From positions 1 to 47,289 of the forward strand of contig JBGUVT010000042.1 of the NCBI GenBank assembly GCA_045220485.1: 47,289 nt of DNA, written 5' to 3'. The position numbers and the translations under genes were made by a program. The notes below the pieces were generated by a model, which ran no database searches, was not told where the DNA came from, and saw only the letters and a program-made list of their open reading frames with translations. Shown here piece by piece: positions 1-9,009 of this stretch. The stretch's first letter is position 1; each line of letters opens with the position of its first letter. Origin of the DNA: Anaerovoracaceae bacterium (GTDB taxonomy: Bacteria; Bacillota; Clostridia; Peptostreptococcales; Anaerovoracaceae).

Positions 1-2
1 CG

Positions 3-263
3 GCAAACCTTGCCAAGAGCATTTCGATCGAGGCAGGCGAGCTTCTGGAGTGCTTTCAGTGGAGCGATACGGACTTTGATATCGGCCACGTGAAGGAAGA
101 GCTGGCGGACGTTCTGGTATACTGCCGCAACATGCTGGATGAGCTCGGACTGGACGAGGATGAGATCATAAACAGCAAGATGGATAAGAACGAGGCGAAG
201 TATCCGGTGGAGCTCGCGAAGGGCAGCGCGGAGAAATACACAGAACTGAAGAAGCGCAAATAG
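3..263 (+). CDS. MazG-like nucleotide pyrophosphohydrolase, C-terminal part (start lies upstream of the window)
   Basis: The frame is open from the window edge to TAG 261-263. It is absent from the ORF track because no start codon is present. Translation ANLAKSISIEAGELLECFQW...VKEELADVLVYCRNMLDELGLDEDEIINSKMDKNEAKYP shows the EAGELxE and EELADVLxY helices typical of all-alpha MazG/dCTPase-type NTP pyrophosphohydrolases. Confidence 0.7.
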   Translation, partial: ANLAKSISIEAGELLECFQWSDTDFDIGHVKEELADVLVYCRNMLDELGLDEDEIINSKMDKNEAKYPVELAKGSAEKYTELKKRK

Positions 264-271
264 GAAAAAAC

Positions 272-439
272 ATGGAAATACTGATAGACATAGCGTTAAA
301 CATTCTTCTTATATTTGGAGTCTATATGGTGCGCTGGTGCAGGGTCCATAAAGAAGCGTCTCTGGCTATTTTCATCATAATCGCAATGATTATTGATGTG
401 ATATTCATACTTTGGCGGTTTGGAGTTTTACCGAACTGA
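272..439 (+). CDS. possible small hydrophobic protein (55 aa)
   Basis: ATG 272 to TGA 437-439, MEILIDIALNILLIFGVYMVRWCRVHKEASLAIFIIIAMIIDVIFILWRFGVLPN. It has two hydrophobic helices and fills the gap between two + strand genes. It is below the 60-aa cut-off of the ORF track and has no recognisable family. Confidence 0.3.
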   Translation: MEILIDIALNILLIFGVYMVRWCRVHKEASLAIFIIIAMIIDVIFILWRFGVLPN

Positions 440-459
440 TTGGGAGAGGTAGGTGCGAT

Positions 460-756
460 ATGCAATTCATTATTACAGCTTACGACGGGGAGAACATGCT
501 GGACAAAAGGATGGCTGTACGCCCTCAGCATCTTGAAGGAATGGCAGCTCTTGGCGAACACGTGGTATGTGCCGGAGGACTGACAGATGAAGAGGGAAAG
601 CTGAAGGGCTCGGTCCTTGTAGTCGACTTTGAGGACAGAAGCGGAGTTGATGAATACATCAGCAATGAGCCGTATGTCGTAAATCACGTGTGGGAGAAGA
701 TCACAGTCGAGCCGATCAATGTAGTTATCATGAACGGTAAGAAGGTCGGAAAGTAA
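460..756 (+). CDS. YciI-family protein
   Basis: The ORF track gives 412-756. The internal ATG at 460 (MQFIITAYDG...) follows GGGAGAGGTAGG and gives the ~98-aa size typical of the family. The pattern RMAVRPQHLE...GGLTDEEGKLKGSVLVVDFEDRSGVDEYISNEPY matches the YCII-related domain. Confidence 0.75.
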   Translation: MQFIITAYDGENMLDKRMAVRPQHLEGMAALGEHVVCAGGLTDEEGKLKGSVLVVDFEDRSGVDEYISNEPYVVNHVWEKITVEPINVVIMNGKKVGK

Positions 757-761
757 GAGAC

Positions 762-1706
762 ATGATAAGAGACAAGAAGAGGCAAAAGTACCCGATAAAC
801 AAAGAGTTCTTTCCACTCAGTCTGTATACGCCGACTATCAGTCCCAAAAGCATTGAACGGGTGAATAGTCTGTACAGGTTTCCTAAGTCACTGTATAAGG
901 ACCCTTCGCTGAATATTACAACAGTGAAGATCCCTGGATACATGGATGGTGAGATTGAGCTGATGCTTTTCATGCCTGTTGGCATTGAGAAGCCTGCTCC
1001 GTGCTTCTATTTCATCCATGGGGGCGGATTCGTATTCGAAGCGACCTCGACACACTACAGGCGGGCTGCCAACTTTGCAAAGGATGGCGACTGCATCGTG
1101 GCGTTTGTAAAATACAGGCAGGGACCGGCTTTCACGTTCCCTTATCCGCAGGAGGACTGCTTCGCGGCTCTGGTGTGGCTGCATGAGCATGCCGCGGAGA
1201 TAGGCATAGACCCGGATAAGATCGGAATAGGCGGAGACAGCGCAGGTGGAACTTTAGCTGTAACATCCTGCCTGATGGCACGCGACAGGGGCACGGATAT
1301 AAAGCCGGTGTTCCAGCTGCTCATTTATCCGTTCCTCGACAGACGGGGAGGCGAATCCTACCGTAAATACACGGATACACCTGTCTGGAATTCAACCCTG
1401 TCCAAACAGGTGAATGCGATCATAGATCCGCATCCTGAGGAAATACCTCTGGCATACAGGTCGCCTGTCGAAGCGGACAGTCTGGAAGGGCTGCCTCAGG
1501 CATATATCGAGGTAGCGGAATTTGACGCTTTGCGGGATGACGGCATACTGTACAGCAAGCTCCTGCAGGAGGTCGGTATAGACGTGGAATTCCACGATAC
1601 GCAAGGCACGATGCACGGATATGATTATGTTCTGAATGCGCCTACGACTCTTTTGATGCAGGTGCTGAGAATTGAATACATGAAGAGGAAATACAGCGAA
1701 TACTGA
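762..1706 (+). CDS. alpha/beta hydrolase fold-3 esterase/lipase (hormone-sensitive-lipase family)
   Basis: 314-aa ORF with the oxyanion-hole motif HGGGF (FIHGGGFVF), the nucleophile elbow GDSAGG, and a C-terminal Asp/His region (DALRDDG ... GTMHGY). Confidence 0.85.
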   Translation: MIRDKKRQKYPINKEFFPLSLYTPTISPKSIERVNSLYRFPKSLYKDPSLNITTVKIPGYMDGEIELMLFMPVGIEKPAPCFYFIHGGGFVFEATSTHYRRAANFAKDGDCIVAFVKYRQGPAFTFPYPQEDCFAALVWLHEHAAEIGIDPDKIGIGGDSAGGTLAVTSCLMARDRGTDIKPVFQLLIYPFLDRRGGESYRKYTDTPVWNSTLSKQVNAIIDPHPEEIPLAYRSPVEADSLEGLPQAYIEVAEFDALRDDGILYSKLLQEVGIDVEFHDTQGTMHGYDYVLNAPTTLLMQVLRIEYMKRKYSEY

Positions 1707-2290
1707 TGGCGAAAAATAGCGAAATGAGCAATCTGATAACGCGGACAACTGAACTTGCGATGTCGGTGACACTGACATATATAAAGCTAGGTGATACTGT
1801 TGTTGACGCCACCTGCGGGACCGGGCAGGATACTGTTGTGCTTGCGCGCGCAGTAGGGAGCGGGGGCAGTGTCTATGCCTTTGACATCCAGAAGAGCGCG
1901 CATCTGCTGACAGAAGCCCGCCTTAAATCGCACGGAATCGCCAATGTGCATCTGGTGAAGCAGTCATTTGTTTCGATGAGCGAGCATATACCTGAGAGAA
2001 GCGCCGCCGCTGTAGTATTCAATCTGGGCTATCTGCCCGGCGGCGATCACAGCATCACAACTACTGCAGATTCGACTCTTGAAGGTCTTGAGGTGGCTCT
2101 CAGAACCATCAGACCGGGCGGAGTAGTGACTGTAGTCATGTACGATGGTCATGAAAAAGGGGCAGAGGAGAAACAGGCGGTACTCGAGTGGGCGGAAGCT
2201 CTCGATCAGAAGAAGTACCACGTGGCATATGTGAGCCTGCTCAATCAGAAAAACCATCCGCCTGAGATCCTTTGGATAACAAAGAAATAA
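1706..2290 (+). CDS. class I SAM-dependent methyltransferase, YtqB/MnmM-like (putative rRNA/tRNA methylase family)
   Basis: The start overlaps the upstream stop (ATGA at 1704-1708). It carries SAM motif I VVDATCGTGQDT and the family-typical FNLGYLPGGDHSITT. Length is 194 aa. Confidence 0.75.
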   Translation: MAKNSEMSNLITRTTELAMSVTLTYIKLGDTVVDATCGTGQDTVVLARAVGSGGSVYAFDIQKSAHLLTEARLKSHGIANVHLVKQSFVSMSEHIPERSAAAVVFNLGYLPGGDHSITTTADSTLEGLEVALRTIRPGGVVTVVMYDGHEKGAEEKQAVLEWAEALDQKKYHVAYVSLLNQKNHPPEILWITKK

Positions 2291-2408
2291 AACAGCTATA
2301 AACCGCTATAAACAGCAAATTGTAAAATAAAGCAAAAACAAACAGCAAAAAACCGCAAAAATAGATAATTAACTATCACAATAATTATTAACTAACGGAG
2401 GTCACAGT

Positions 2409-2858
2409 ATGTTCGGATCACTAGCCGCAACGGCAGGCTCTTTTGAATCAAGACTCGCACTGTATATCGTAGGCGGAGTCATTGCACTTGTCATTATAAA
2501 CCTGCTTCTGGACGGTATCAGAAGGTATATCAGAGGCCTTGATTCAGCAGCACTCGGAGCACTGCTCATCTTTCTGGGCTATAAAGCTTCTGAGCTCAAG
2601 CTCGTCAGCGTTCTGGCCAATCTTCTGTATCTTGTCGGAGGCACGCTCTTTGCAGTCGGAGTACTCGTATTTGTCTTAATGATGATTATCAAGCGGAAGC
2701 GTGCTGTCAAGAGAAGCGGACCTCCGATGCCTAAGGATAAGACTCCAAAAGAACCTAAGTCTGAAGAGTCAAAACCTGAAGAAAATCAGACTGAAGAGCC
2801 GAAACACGCAGAACCAAAGACTGAAGAGCCTAAGCATGCAGCAAAAGTGAAAAGTTAA
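2409..2858 (+). CDS. membrane protein with Lys/Glu/Pro-rich C-terminal tail
   Basis: GGAGG lies 6 nt upstream of ATG 2409. There are three hydrophobic helices, then a low-complexity tail (PKDKTPKEPKSEESKPEENQTEEPKHAEPKTEEPKHAAK). No family recognised. Confidence 0.6.
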   Translation: MFGSLAATAGSFESRLALYIVGGVIALVIINLLLDGIRRYIRGLDSAALGALLIFLGYKASELKLVSVLANLLYLVGGTLFAVGVLVFVLMMIIKRKRAVKRSGPPMPKDKTPKEPKSEESKPEENQTEEPKHAEPKTEEPKHAAKVKS

Positions 2859-2870
2859 AGAGGGAAAGCA

Positions 2871-3407
2871 ATGAAGATTCTGGTACTTGAAAGCAGCGGG
2901 AACATCAGAGGCTCCTCAAACATGCTCGCGGATGAATTCATTCGCGGAGCTGAAGAGAACGGTCATGAAGTTACCGTTTATAACGTTATAAGAAAGAACA
3001 TCAAGCCATGCCTGGGATGCGGCAACTGTGGCATGTCCGGAATGTGCGTCCTGCAGGATGACTATGAGAATGAGCTTAAGCCGCTTATTATAGGTTGCGA
3101 CATGATCGTCTTTGTAATGCCTGTGTATTACTACAACTGGCCGGCACCTCTTAAGGCGTGCGTGGACCGCTTCTACAGCTTCACGATGGAGCTGACGGCG
3201 ATGCATAAGAAGGCAGCATTTCTTACCGTCGCGTGGGATGACACTGACACTGTTTTCGACATCCCGAAGGCGTATTACAGGCAGGTCTGCAATTACATGC
3301 AGTTTGAGGACTGCGGAATGGTGCTCGGCAGGGCATGCGGAACTCCGTCCATGACCAGAAGCAGCATCTATCCGAAGCAGGCATACGAACTGGGAAAAAG
3401 TATTTAG
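2871..3407 (+). CDS. flavodoxin-like fold NAD(P)H-dependent FMN reductase / iron-sulfur flavoprotein-like
   Basis: The RBS AGAGGGAAAG precedes ATG 2871. The N-terminus MKILVLESSGNIRGSSNMLADEF is typical of FMN_red/flavodoxin_2 proteins. A Cys cluster CLGCGNCGMSGMC follows. Confidence 0.7.
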   Translation: MKILVLESSGNIRGSSNMLADEFIRGAEENGHEVTVYNVIRKNIKPCLGCGNCGMSGMCVLQDDYENELKPLIIGCDMIVFVMPVYYYNWPAPLKACVDRFYSFTMELTAMHKKAAFLTVAWDDTDTVFDIPKAYYRQVCNYMQFEDCGMVLGRACGTPSMTRSSIYPKQAYELGKSI

Positions 3408-3487
3408 AACAGATCATTCGGATCAAAAAGTGTATTGACCGGATCCTTTGGATCGTCATGTAGTCAGGTAAAAGGGGGAAAGAGACT

Positions 3488-4549
3488 ATGAAAATCAATG
3501 TAAACGGGATCGAGATGTACTATGAAAAGTATGGCGAGGGAAGACCGCTTATTCTGGTGCATGGCAACAGCATGGATCACACAGTGTTCAAGGATTCCAT
3601 CTGGCTTCTCAGAAGGCATTTTGCAGTGTATGCCGTAGACTCGCGCGGTCACGGGCTTAGCTCAAAGGTCGACGAACTGCATTATTCGGACATGGCGGAT
3701 GACATGGTAGCTTTCATGGACCAGCTCGACCTTAGAGACGTTGTGTACTTCGGTCACAGCGACGGGGCTATAATCGGGCTCCTCACGGCCATGAGGACAG
3801 ACAGGATAGGTCTGCTGCTTCCGGGAAGTGCCAACCTGACGCCGGAGGGAGTCGCTCCATGGCTCAGGGCAGGAGTCAAAGCAATATATTCATTCACCAA
3901 AGATCCGAAGATGCTGATGATGCTGACAGAGCCGAACATCACTCCTGAGGAGCTCGCGACGATCAAAGTGCCGACAGTAGTAATTGCCGGCAGCAAGGAT
4001 ATTGTTGCTGAGAAGGATACCAGGCTAATTGCCGAGTCCATACCTGGCGCAAAACTGCGCTTACTGGAGGGTGAAGGTCATATCAGCTACGCTACAACCG
4101 GGAGCCATCTTGCGGATATCATAATGGAAGAGGCGGGCATCAGAGAGCCGGGCGCCGGCGGAACGCTTACAGGCCCTCAGAAGAAGATCCTTAAGGCGGC
4201 TCAGCAGGGAGAGGTTGACGCCGTATACATGTATGAGAAACTGGCGGAAGTCGTAGATGATCCTGATGACAAAGAGGCATTCCTGAGACTTGCAGGAGAC
4301 GAGGCAAGGCATGCTGAAGTTTTCTTCCGCTATACCGGGCAGACCGTTAAGGCCAATCCAACCAAGGGCATAGTAGTTCCGGCAATGTACAAGACTCTTG
4401 GTAAAGAGAAGGTTTATCCGATCATCGCAAAGGGTGAATACGAAGCAGCTGAAAAGTATAAAAATATAATTGCGGATTTTCCTGAGGTGGAGACGGTCAT
4501 GAATGACGAGGTTCATCACGGGGACGCTGTAATGGGTCTGCTGAAATAG
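3488..4549 (+). CDS. alpha/beta hydrolase fused to a C-terminal ferritin-like (rubrerythrin-type di-iron) domain
   Basis: Residues ~1-215 are hydrolase-like: LILVHGNS, nucleophile elbow GHSDGA, late GEGHIS His. Residues ~225-353 carry two E...ExxH halves (EVDAVYMYEKLAE ... GDEARHAEVF; GEYEAAEKY ... NDEVHHGD). RBS GGGGGAAAGAG. Confidence 0.75.
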   Translation: MKINVNGIEMYYEKYGEGRPLILVHGNSMDHTVFKDSIWLLRRHFAVYAVDSRGHGLSSKVDELHYSDMADDMVAFMDQLDLRDVVYFGHSDGAIIGLLTAMRTDRIGLLLPGSANLTPEGVAPWLRAGVKAIYSFTKDPKMLMMLTEPNITPEELATIKVPTVVIAGSKDIVAEKDTRLIAESIPGAKLRLLEGEGHISYATTGSHLADIIMEEAGIREPGAGGTLTGPQKKILKAAQQGEVDAVYMYEKLAEVVDDPDDKEAFLRLAGDEARHAEVFFRYTGQTVKANPTKGIVVPAMYKTLGKEKVYPIIAKGEYEAAEKYKNIIADFPEVETVMNDEVHHGDAVMGLLK

Positions 4550-4654
4550 AGACGAATATCAGATGGAGTGCAAAGCAGTCTGAGAATACATAGATAACAA
4601 GCTGAGCGGGATCATTCGCGAGTGGTAAGTGCAGAAAACGCATAGGGGACAGAG

Positions 4655-5476
4655 ATGTATACGAACGGGGATCTTATAAAGGACTGCCTGGATCTTTTCA
4701 GGAAGACTGAAGGCAATAAAGTAGACATTCCTGGCATCGGCGAGACGGTGATTTACGAGGAACCGATCTTCGGCTTTGCGTCCGCAAAGGATGAGATCTT
4801 CGAGATATTCAGACGCAAGGAAGTCATTGGCTCAAACTATTTAGGACCGTTTCAATGGCTGCCGAAGGCAAAGTCAGTAATGGCTTTGTTTTTGCCGTTC
4901 TCGGAGGCAGTACGCTCGAGCAACAAGGCTGATAAGACAGACCCGTCTAAGGAATGGCTTTACGCCAGAATAGAAGGACAGGAATTCATCAGCAAATACA
5001 CAGGCGCGATCATGAAGATGCTCGGGGATAAGGGCATCAATGCCTGTGTGCCTGCGCTAGATGAAAGGTTCGATGTCAGGATAGAGAAAACGATAAAAAA
5101 CCTGAAACCGGATTTCCATGCGGACAGCAAGTGGTCGGAAAGACATGCGGCTTATGCCTGCGGGCTCGGCACATTCGGCTTGTCCAGAGGTATGATCACC
5201 GAGAAAGGAATGGCAGGGCGCTTCGCCAGTATCATTATTGCGGCCGAGTTCGAACCGACCCCGAGGAAGTACACGGGCATTGATGACTACTGCATCAAAT
5301 GCGGCGTATGCGCCAAAAACTGCCCGGTTAAAGCCATATCTCTGAAGCACGGCAAGAACAACCTGAAATGCCATTTGCATGTTCAGAAAATGAAGAAGAA
5401 ATACTCGCCGCGATATGGCTGCGGCAAGTGCCAGGTAGGAGTGCCGTGCGAGTACCGCTCACCGGCCAAAATGTAA
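4655..5476 (+). CDS. 4Fe-4S cluster protein, epoxyqueuosine-reductase (QueG)/reductive-dehalogenase-like
   Basis: Ferredoxin motif CIKCGVCAKNCP plus further Cys (CGKCQVGVPC). The segment ERHAAYACGLGTFGLSRGMITEKGMAGRFASIII resembles the QueG/RdhA core. Confidence 0.65.
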   Translation: MYTNGDLIKDCLDLFRKTEGNKVDIPGIGETVIYEEPIFGFASAKDEIFEIFRRKEVIGSNYLGPFQWLPKAKSVMALFLPFSEAVRSSNKADKTDPSKEWLYARIEGQEFISKYTGAIMKMLGDKGINACVPALDERFDVRIEKTIKNLKPDFHADSKWSERHAAYACGLGTFGLSRGMITEKGMAGRFASIIIAAEFEPTPRKYTGIDDYCIKCGVCAKNCPVKAISLKHGKNNLKCHLHVQKMKKKYSPRYGCGKCQVGVPCEYRSPAKM

Positions 5477-5477
5477 G

Positions 5478-6092
5478 ATGGAAAGGAATAAACTCCGAAA
5501 ATATGTGAATATTTTCCTCGTAATCGCGGTGCTTGGCTCGTGGATCGCTATTTTCGTCTCCGCATCGGGAACATTGATGCAGAACGGCTTAAACAGCATG
5601 AAATACTTCACCGTGCTCTCGAACCTGCTGGAAGGATTCGCATCTATCGTATGGCTGGTCAGCTCACGCAAAAACGGCAAGGCGAGCTCCCGCGCAGAAT
5701 TGCTCAAATATATAGCAGCTGCAGCAGTCGGCCTTACTTGCGTAGTAGTGCTGACATTCCTTGGGCCGCTTTACGGCTATCCGGCTATGTTTAAGGGAGG
5801 AAGCCTTTTCATGCACCTCCTGACGCCACTCATCGCTATTGCAGAGATCATTTTTCTTTCAGACGTCACATACACGCGCAAAGACAACAGGCTGGTGATG
5901 TTATCGCCGCTGATATATGGAGCCTTTTATCTTGGCAATAACGTAATCAACGGCATAGGGGAGTGGCCGGACACGAACGACTGGTATCTGTTCCTGACAT
6001 GGGGCTATCCGGTCGGAATATTCATATTTGCAGTGATCTGCGTCGTTATCTGGCTACTGGGCCTGGCAATGCGCAAACTTCACAGAAGCTGA
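5478..6092 (+). CDS. integral membrane protein (about six TM helices; possibly Pr6Pr/AIG1-like)
   Basis: 204-aa ORF starting 1 nt after the upstream stop. It is strongly hydrophobic with periodic helices. KYFTVLSNLLEG resembles the FT-x-SN motif of the Pr6Pr family, a low-confidence family call. Confidence 0.6.
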   Translation: MERNKLRKYVNIFLVIAVLGSWIAIFVSASGTLMQNGLNSMKYFTVLSNLLEGFASIVWLVSSRKNGKASSRAELLKYIAAAAVGLTCVVVLTFLGPLYGYPAMFKGGSLFMHLLTPLIAIAEIIFLSDVTYTRKDNRLVMLSPLIYGAFYLGNNVINGIGEWPDTNDWYLFLTWGYPVGIFIFAVICVVIWLLGLAMRKLHRS

Positions 6093-6222
6093 AGTATGAG
6101 TTCCGGCAACTGTTTGGATCAGAATTGAAATTACCACCAAAACATCATTAGGTTTGCCAATGGAACCAGTAATAGGATTACCACCGAGATCGTCGCAAAA
6201 GACGGTCTTTTTTACTTGAAAG

Positions 6223-6249
6223 GTAAACGGTAAACCATCCGTGCGTAGC
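6223..6249. repeat. IS66 left terminal inverted repeat
   Basis: Matches the reverse complement of 8824-8850 at 24/27 positions (hand alignment). The first 13 nt are identical. Confidence 0.75.
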
Positions 6250-6372
6250 GGGTCCGTCGCCGAAATGAGATAATCCATACTGAAGTCTAAGAGAGTCAAA
6301 AAGGTCGAAAAAGTCTAAATCAGTCTATTAGACCAAATTGGGCCAATTGTAACAGACCGGAAAGGAAGCAGT

Positions 6373-6729
6373 ATGGATACACAGCTAGTAGCAACACAGA
6401 TGCGGCATAGGTCATGGATGGAGGACTATGCCCGCCAGCAGGAAAGCGGACTCACAGTAAGGCAGTGGTGCCAGGAGAACGGAATATTGCCAAAGACGTT
6501 CTACTACAGACTCAGGGTGCTTAGGGAAGAAGCCTGCAGCCTCATGAACCTTGAACCGAATAAAGCAGAGGTCAAGGCAGCTCCGGAGTTTGTAAGAGTC
6601 GATCTGCCTCGCTCGACCGGAAAAAGCTCAGGGATAAACATCAAACTCGAAAGTGCCGAGATCAGCATCTCTCCTGACGCAAGCAACGAGCATGTGCGGA
6701 TGGTACTGGAGGCGATAGCACATGCTTAG
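6373..6729 (+). CDS. tnpA: IS66-family accessory protein Orf1 (HTH)
   Basis: 118 aa. The HTH-like segment GLTVRQWCQENGILPKTFYYRLRVLRE is typical of IS66 Orf1. The ORF overlaps the next ORF by 8 nt. Confidence 0.8.
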   Translation: MDTQLVATQMRHRSWMEDYARQQESGLTVRQWCQENGILPKTFYYRLRVLREEACSLMNLEPNKAEVKAAPEFVRVDLPRSTGKSSGINIKLESAEISISPDASNEHVRMVLEAIAHA

Positions 6730-7075
6730 GGAAGCATCGTTCAATGAGATATACATAGCATGCGGCTATACGGATCTGCGCAAAGGGATCGACGGCCTTG
6801 CCGCCTGGATACAGCAGCAGTTCGATCTTAATCCGCACAGAACAGGAGCGATCTTTCTGTTCTGCGGAAGGAAGACCGACAGGATCAAAGCCCTTGTATG
6901 GGAGGGAGACGGCTTTCTCCTGTTGTACAAACGAGCAGCTGAAGGCAGGTTCAAGTGGCCGAGGAAGAGTTCTGAACTGAAGGATCTTACGCCTGAGCAG
7001 CTGTGCCGGCTGCTTGACGGCTTTACGATCGACCCCGGGATCAGGCATATCCCGGCACCCGAATATGCTCTCTGA
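6722..7075 (+). CDS. tnpB: IS66-family Orf2 (TnpB)
   Basis: 117 aa. IYIACGYTDLRKGIDGLAAWIQQQF ... FLFCGRKTDRIKALVWEGDGFLLLYKRAAEGRFKWP is the conserved IS66 Orf2 signature. Confidence 0.85.
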   Translation: MLREASFNEIYIACGYTDLRKGIDGLAAWIQQQFDLNPHRTGAIFLFCGRKTDRIKALVWEGDGFLLLYKRAAEGRFKWPRKSSELKDLTPEQLCRLLDGFTIDPGIRHIPAPEYAL

Positions 7076-7129
7076 AAAGCCTGAGATCTCAAAGGAAAAC
7101 AGAGCTTTTCTTTTGCTGAAAGACTTTTT

Positions 7130-8782
7130 TTGTTACTCGAATCAAGGTATAATTTGAGTATGAAAGAGACGATCAGCAGAGAAGAATTCAATAATATGGA
7201 TCGCGAAGTCCTGTACACCCTGTTCACAGGGATGCAGGAACAGCTGAGAAGATCGGATGAGACGATCGATGCACTCAAAGTGACCGTAGATAAGCTGAAC
7301 GAACAGCTTAAGATCCTTAACGGCAGGATGTTCGGCAAGTCTACAGAGAAGAGCCTTGCACCGAGCGATCAGCTGAGCATCTACGACTTCGGATTCAATG
7401 AGGCTGAGGCCACGGTCCAGGGCAAGCTCATCAATGAGCCTGAGATGAAGACCGTGATCGTCCACAGAAAGAAGCGCAAAGGCAAGCGTGATGAAGACCT
7501 TGAGGGCTTCGAAGCTATCACTGTTGATCATGGACTGAGCGATGAAGAACTCACAGAAAAGTTTCCTGAGGGCTGGTATGAGCTTGACGATGAAGTGTAC
7601 AGGAAGCTCGAAGTGGAGCCTGCTGTATTTACAGTAGTCGAGCATCACATCAAGGTATACAAGGGCAAGGATGGAAAGATCGTCAAAGGAAGACATCCTA
7701 AGGAGATGCTCAGCAACAGCATAGCTACACCTTCTCTGGCTGCACTCATCATGAATGGCAAGTATGTGAATGCAGTACCTCTGTACAGACAGGAGCAGGA
7801 ATTCGCACGGAACGATGTGAACATCTCCCGTCAGGTGATGGCGAACTGGATGATCACGACGTCCGAGAGATACCTGTCACTGATCTATGACCGGCTCAAG
7901 GCAGAGATCCTAAAAAGCCGTGTGGCGCATGCGGACGAGACCCCAGTACAGGTCACAAAGGATGGCCGCGAAGGTACTCATAAGAGTTACATGTGGGTGT
8001 ACCGTACCGGCAGCATGTGCAAGGCAAACGCAGCGATCGTCTATGACTACCGGAAGACACGAAACGCAGATGCACCGAGAGCGTTCCTTGAAGGCTTCAA
8101 GGGCAAGCTGGTATGCGATGGATACCAGGTATACCACACTCTCGAGAATGATTCCGGAACGGACTTCACGGTGGCAGGCTGCTGGATCCATGCAAGAAGA
8201 CCATTCGCCGATGTGATCAAGAGCCTGGGACCGGACAAGGCAGCCGGCACACTGGCTTATGAAGCATATGTGCAGATCCAGAACATATACCACACAGACA
8301 ATGCACTGAAGAAGCTGCCTCCTTCTGATCGAAAGAAGAAGCGAAAGAAACTGGTGAAGCCGCTGGTCGATGAGTTCTTCGATTGGGCGAAAAAGGCACA
8401 GTATGCTGCCGCCGGAAGCGATAAAACAAGGAAAGGAATCCAGTACTGCCTGAATCAGGAGAAGTATTTGCGTGCCTTCCTTGATGATCCGGCTATCCCG
8501 CTGGATAACAACATAGCTGAGCAGGCAATCAGACCTTTCTGTGTAGGCAGAAATAACTGGAAACTGATCGATACGATCAATGGAGCCAATGCCAGTGCGA
8601 TCATATACAGCATAGTCGAGACAGCTAAGGCTAACGATCTTAATATATACAAATATCTCAAATACCTGCTTACGGAGATCCCGCAGCACATGGACGATAC
8701 CGACACGGATTTCATCGAAGACCTGTTGCCTTGGTCCAAGTCCCTGCCACCGGATTGCCGTAAGAAAAAGGCATCAAATTAA
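7130..8782 (+). CDS. tnpC: IS66-family transposase (Orf3/TnpC)
   Basis: 550-aa ORF with a TTG at 7130; the in-frame ATG at 7160 is the more likely start. It has an N-terminal coiled coil, ADETPVQV, YMWVY, the zinc-finger-like CWIHARRPF, and the C-terminal DNNIAEQAIRPFCVGRNNW typical of DDE_Tnp_IS66. Confidence 0.9.
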   Translation: MLLESRYNLSMKETISREEFNNMDREVLYTLFTGMQEQLRRSDETIDALKVTVDKLNEQLKILNGRMFGKSTEKSLAPSDQLSIYDFGFNEAEATVQGKLINEPEMKTVIVHRKKRKGKRDEDLEGFEAITVDHGLSDEELTEKFPEGWYELDDEVYRKLEVEPAVFTVVEHHIKVYKGKDGKIVKGRHPKEMLSNSIATPSLAALIMNGKYVNAVPLYRQEQEFARNDVNISRQVMANWMITTSERYLSLIYDRLKAEILKSRVAHADETPVQVTKDGREGTHKSYMWVYRTGSMCKANAAIVYDYRKTRNADAPRAFLEGFKGKLVCDGYQVYHTLENDSGTDFTVAGCWIHARRPFADVIKSLGPDKAAGTLAYEAYVQIQNIYHTDNALKKLPPSDRKKKRKKLVKPLVDEFFDWAKKAQYAAAGSDKTRKGIQYCLNQEKYLRAFLDDPAIPLDNNIAEQAIRPFCVGRNNWKLIDTINGANASAIIYSIVETAKANDLNIYKYLKYLLTEIPQHMDDTDTDFIEDLLPWSKSLPPDCRKKKASN

Positions 8783-8787
8783 CACTC

Positions 8788-8819
8788 AAGCCCGATGCTG
8801 CAGAAAGCGTCGGGCTTTT
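8788..8819 (+). terminator. intrinsic terminator inside the IS, after the transposase gene
   Basis: AAGCCCGA (8788-8795) pairs with TCGGGCTT (8810-8817), followed by a T run. It sits 6 nt after the transposase stop and just before the right inverted repeat. Confidence 0.6.
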
Positions 8820-8823
8820 GTAA

Positions 8824-8850
8824 GCTAAGGACGGATAGTTTACCGTTTAC
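8824..8850. repeat. IS66 right terminal inverted repeat
   Basis: Reverse complement GTAAACGGTAAACTATCCGTCCTTAGC pairs with 6223-6249. Confidence 0.75.
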
Positions 8851-9009
8851 TTATCATTAGTGCTCGGAAGAGATTCAAATAAAAACCACAAAATGACAGC
8901 TTTCGTAATATAAAAATAAAAACTACGTAGCTAAAATAATATACTAGCGGTCCCTGCAGAAGTGAATCGTATTTTTACGAAACAGGTCGCTTTGAGGTAC
9001 AGGTCTAAT

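Larger units (their letters stand above)
6223..8850 (+). mobile_element. IS66-family insertion sequence, apparently intact (three ORFs plus terminal inverted repeats)
   Basis: The ends are GTAAACGGTAAACCATCCGTGCGTAGC (6223-6249) and the reverse complement of 8824-8850 (GTAAACGGTAAACTATCCGTCCTTAGC), matching at 24/27 positions. The canonical IS66 orf1/orf2/orf3 layout lies inside them. Confidence 0.8.

Noticed and set aside
322-816. 164-aa minus-strand ORF
   Set aside because: It is antisense to the YciI gene and the small ORF. It has no recognisable domain and a low-complexity, Cys/Leu/Ser-rich composition, so it is a shadow ORF.
2291-2408. Short repeats (CAGCTATAAAC/CGCTATAAAC, AAACAGCAAA) as a regulatory array or structured RNA
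   Set aside because: The repeats are very short and A-rich with no stem-forming complementarity. This is more likely low-complexity promoter DNA.
6054-6299. 81-aa minus-strand ORF from the track, and the idea that IS66 interrupted a gene here
   Set aside because: The ORF crosses the left inverted repeat, so its first third is IS sequence. It also overlaps the 3' end of the 5478-6092 gene. The DNA right of the IS (8851-8961) does not continue it convincingly, having no start or RBS and only a short open stretch.
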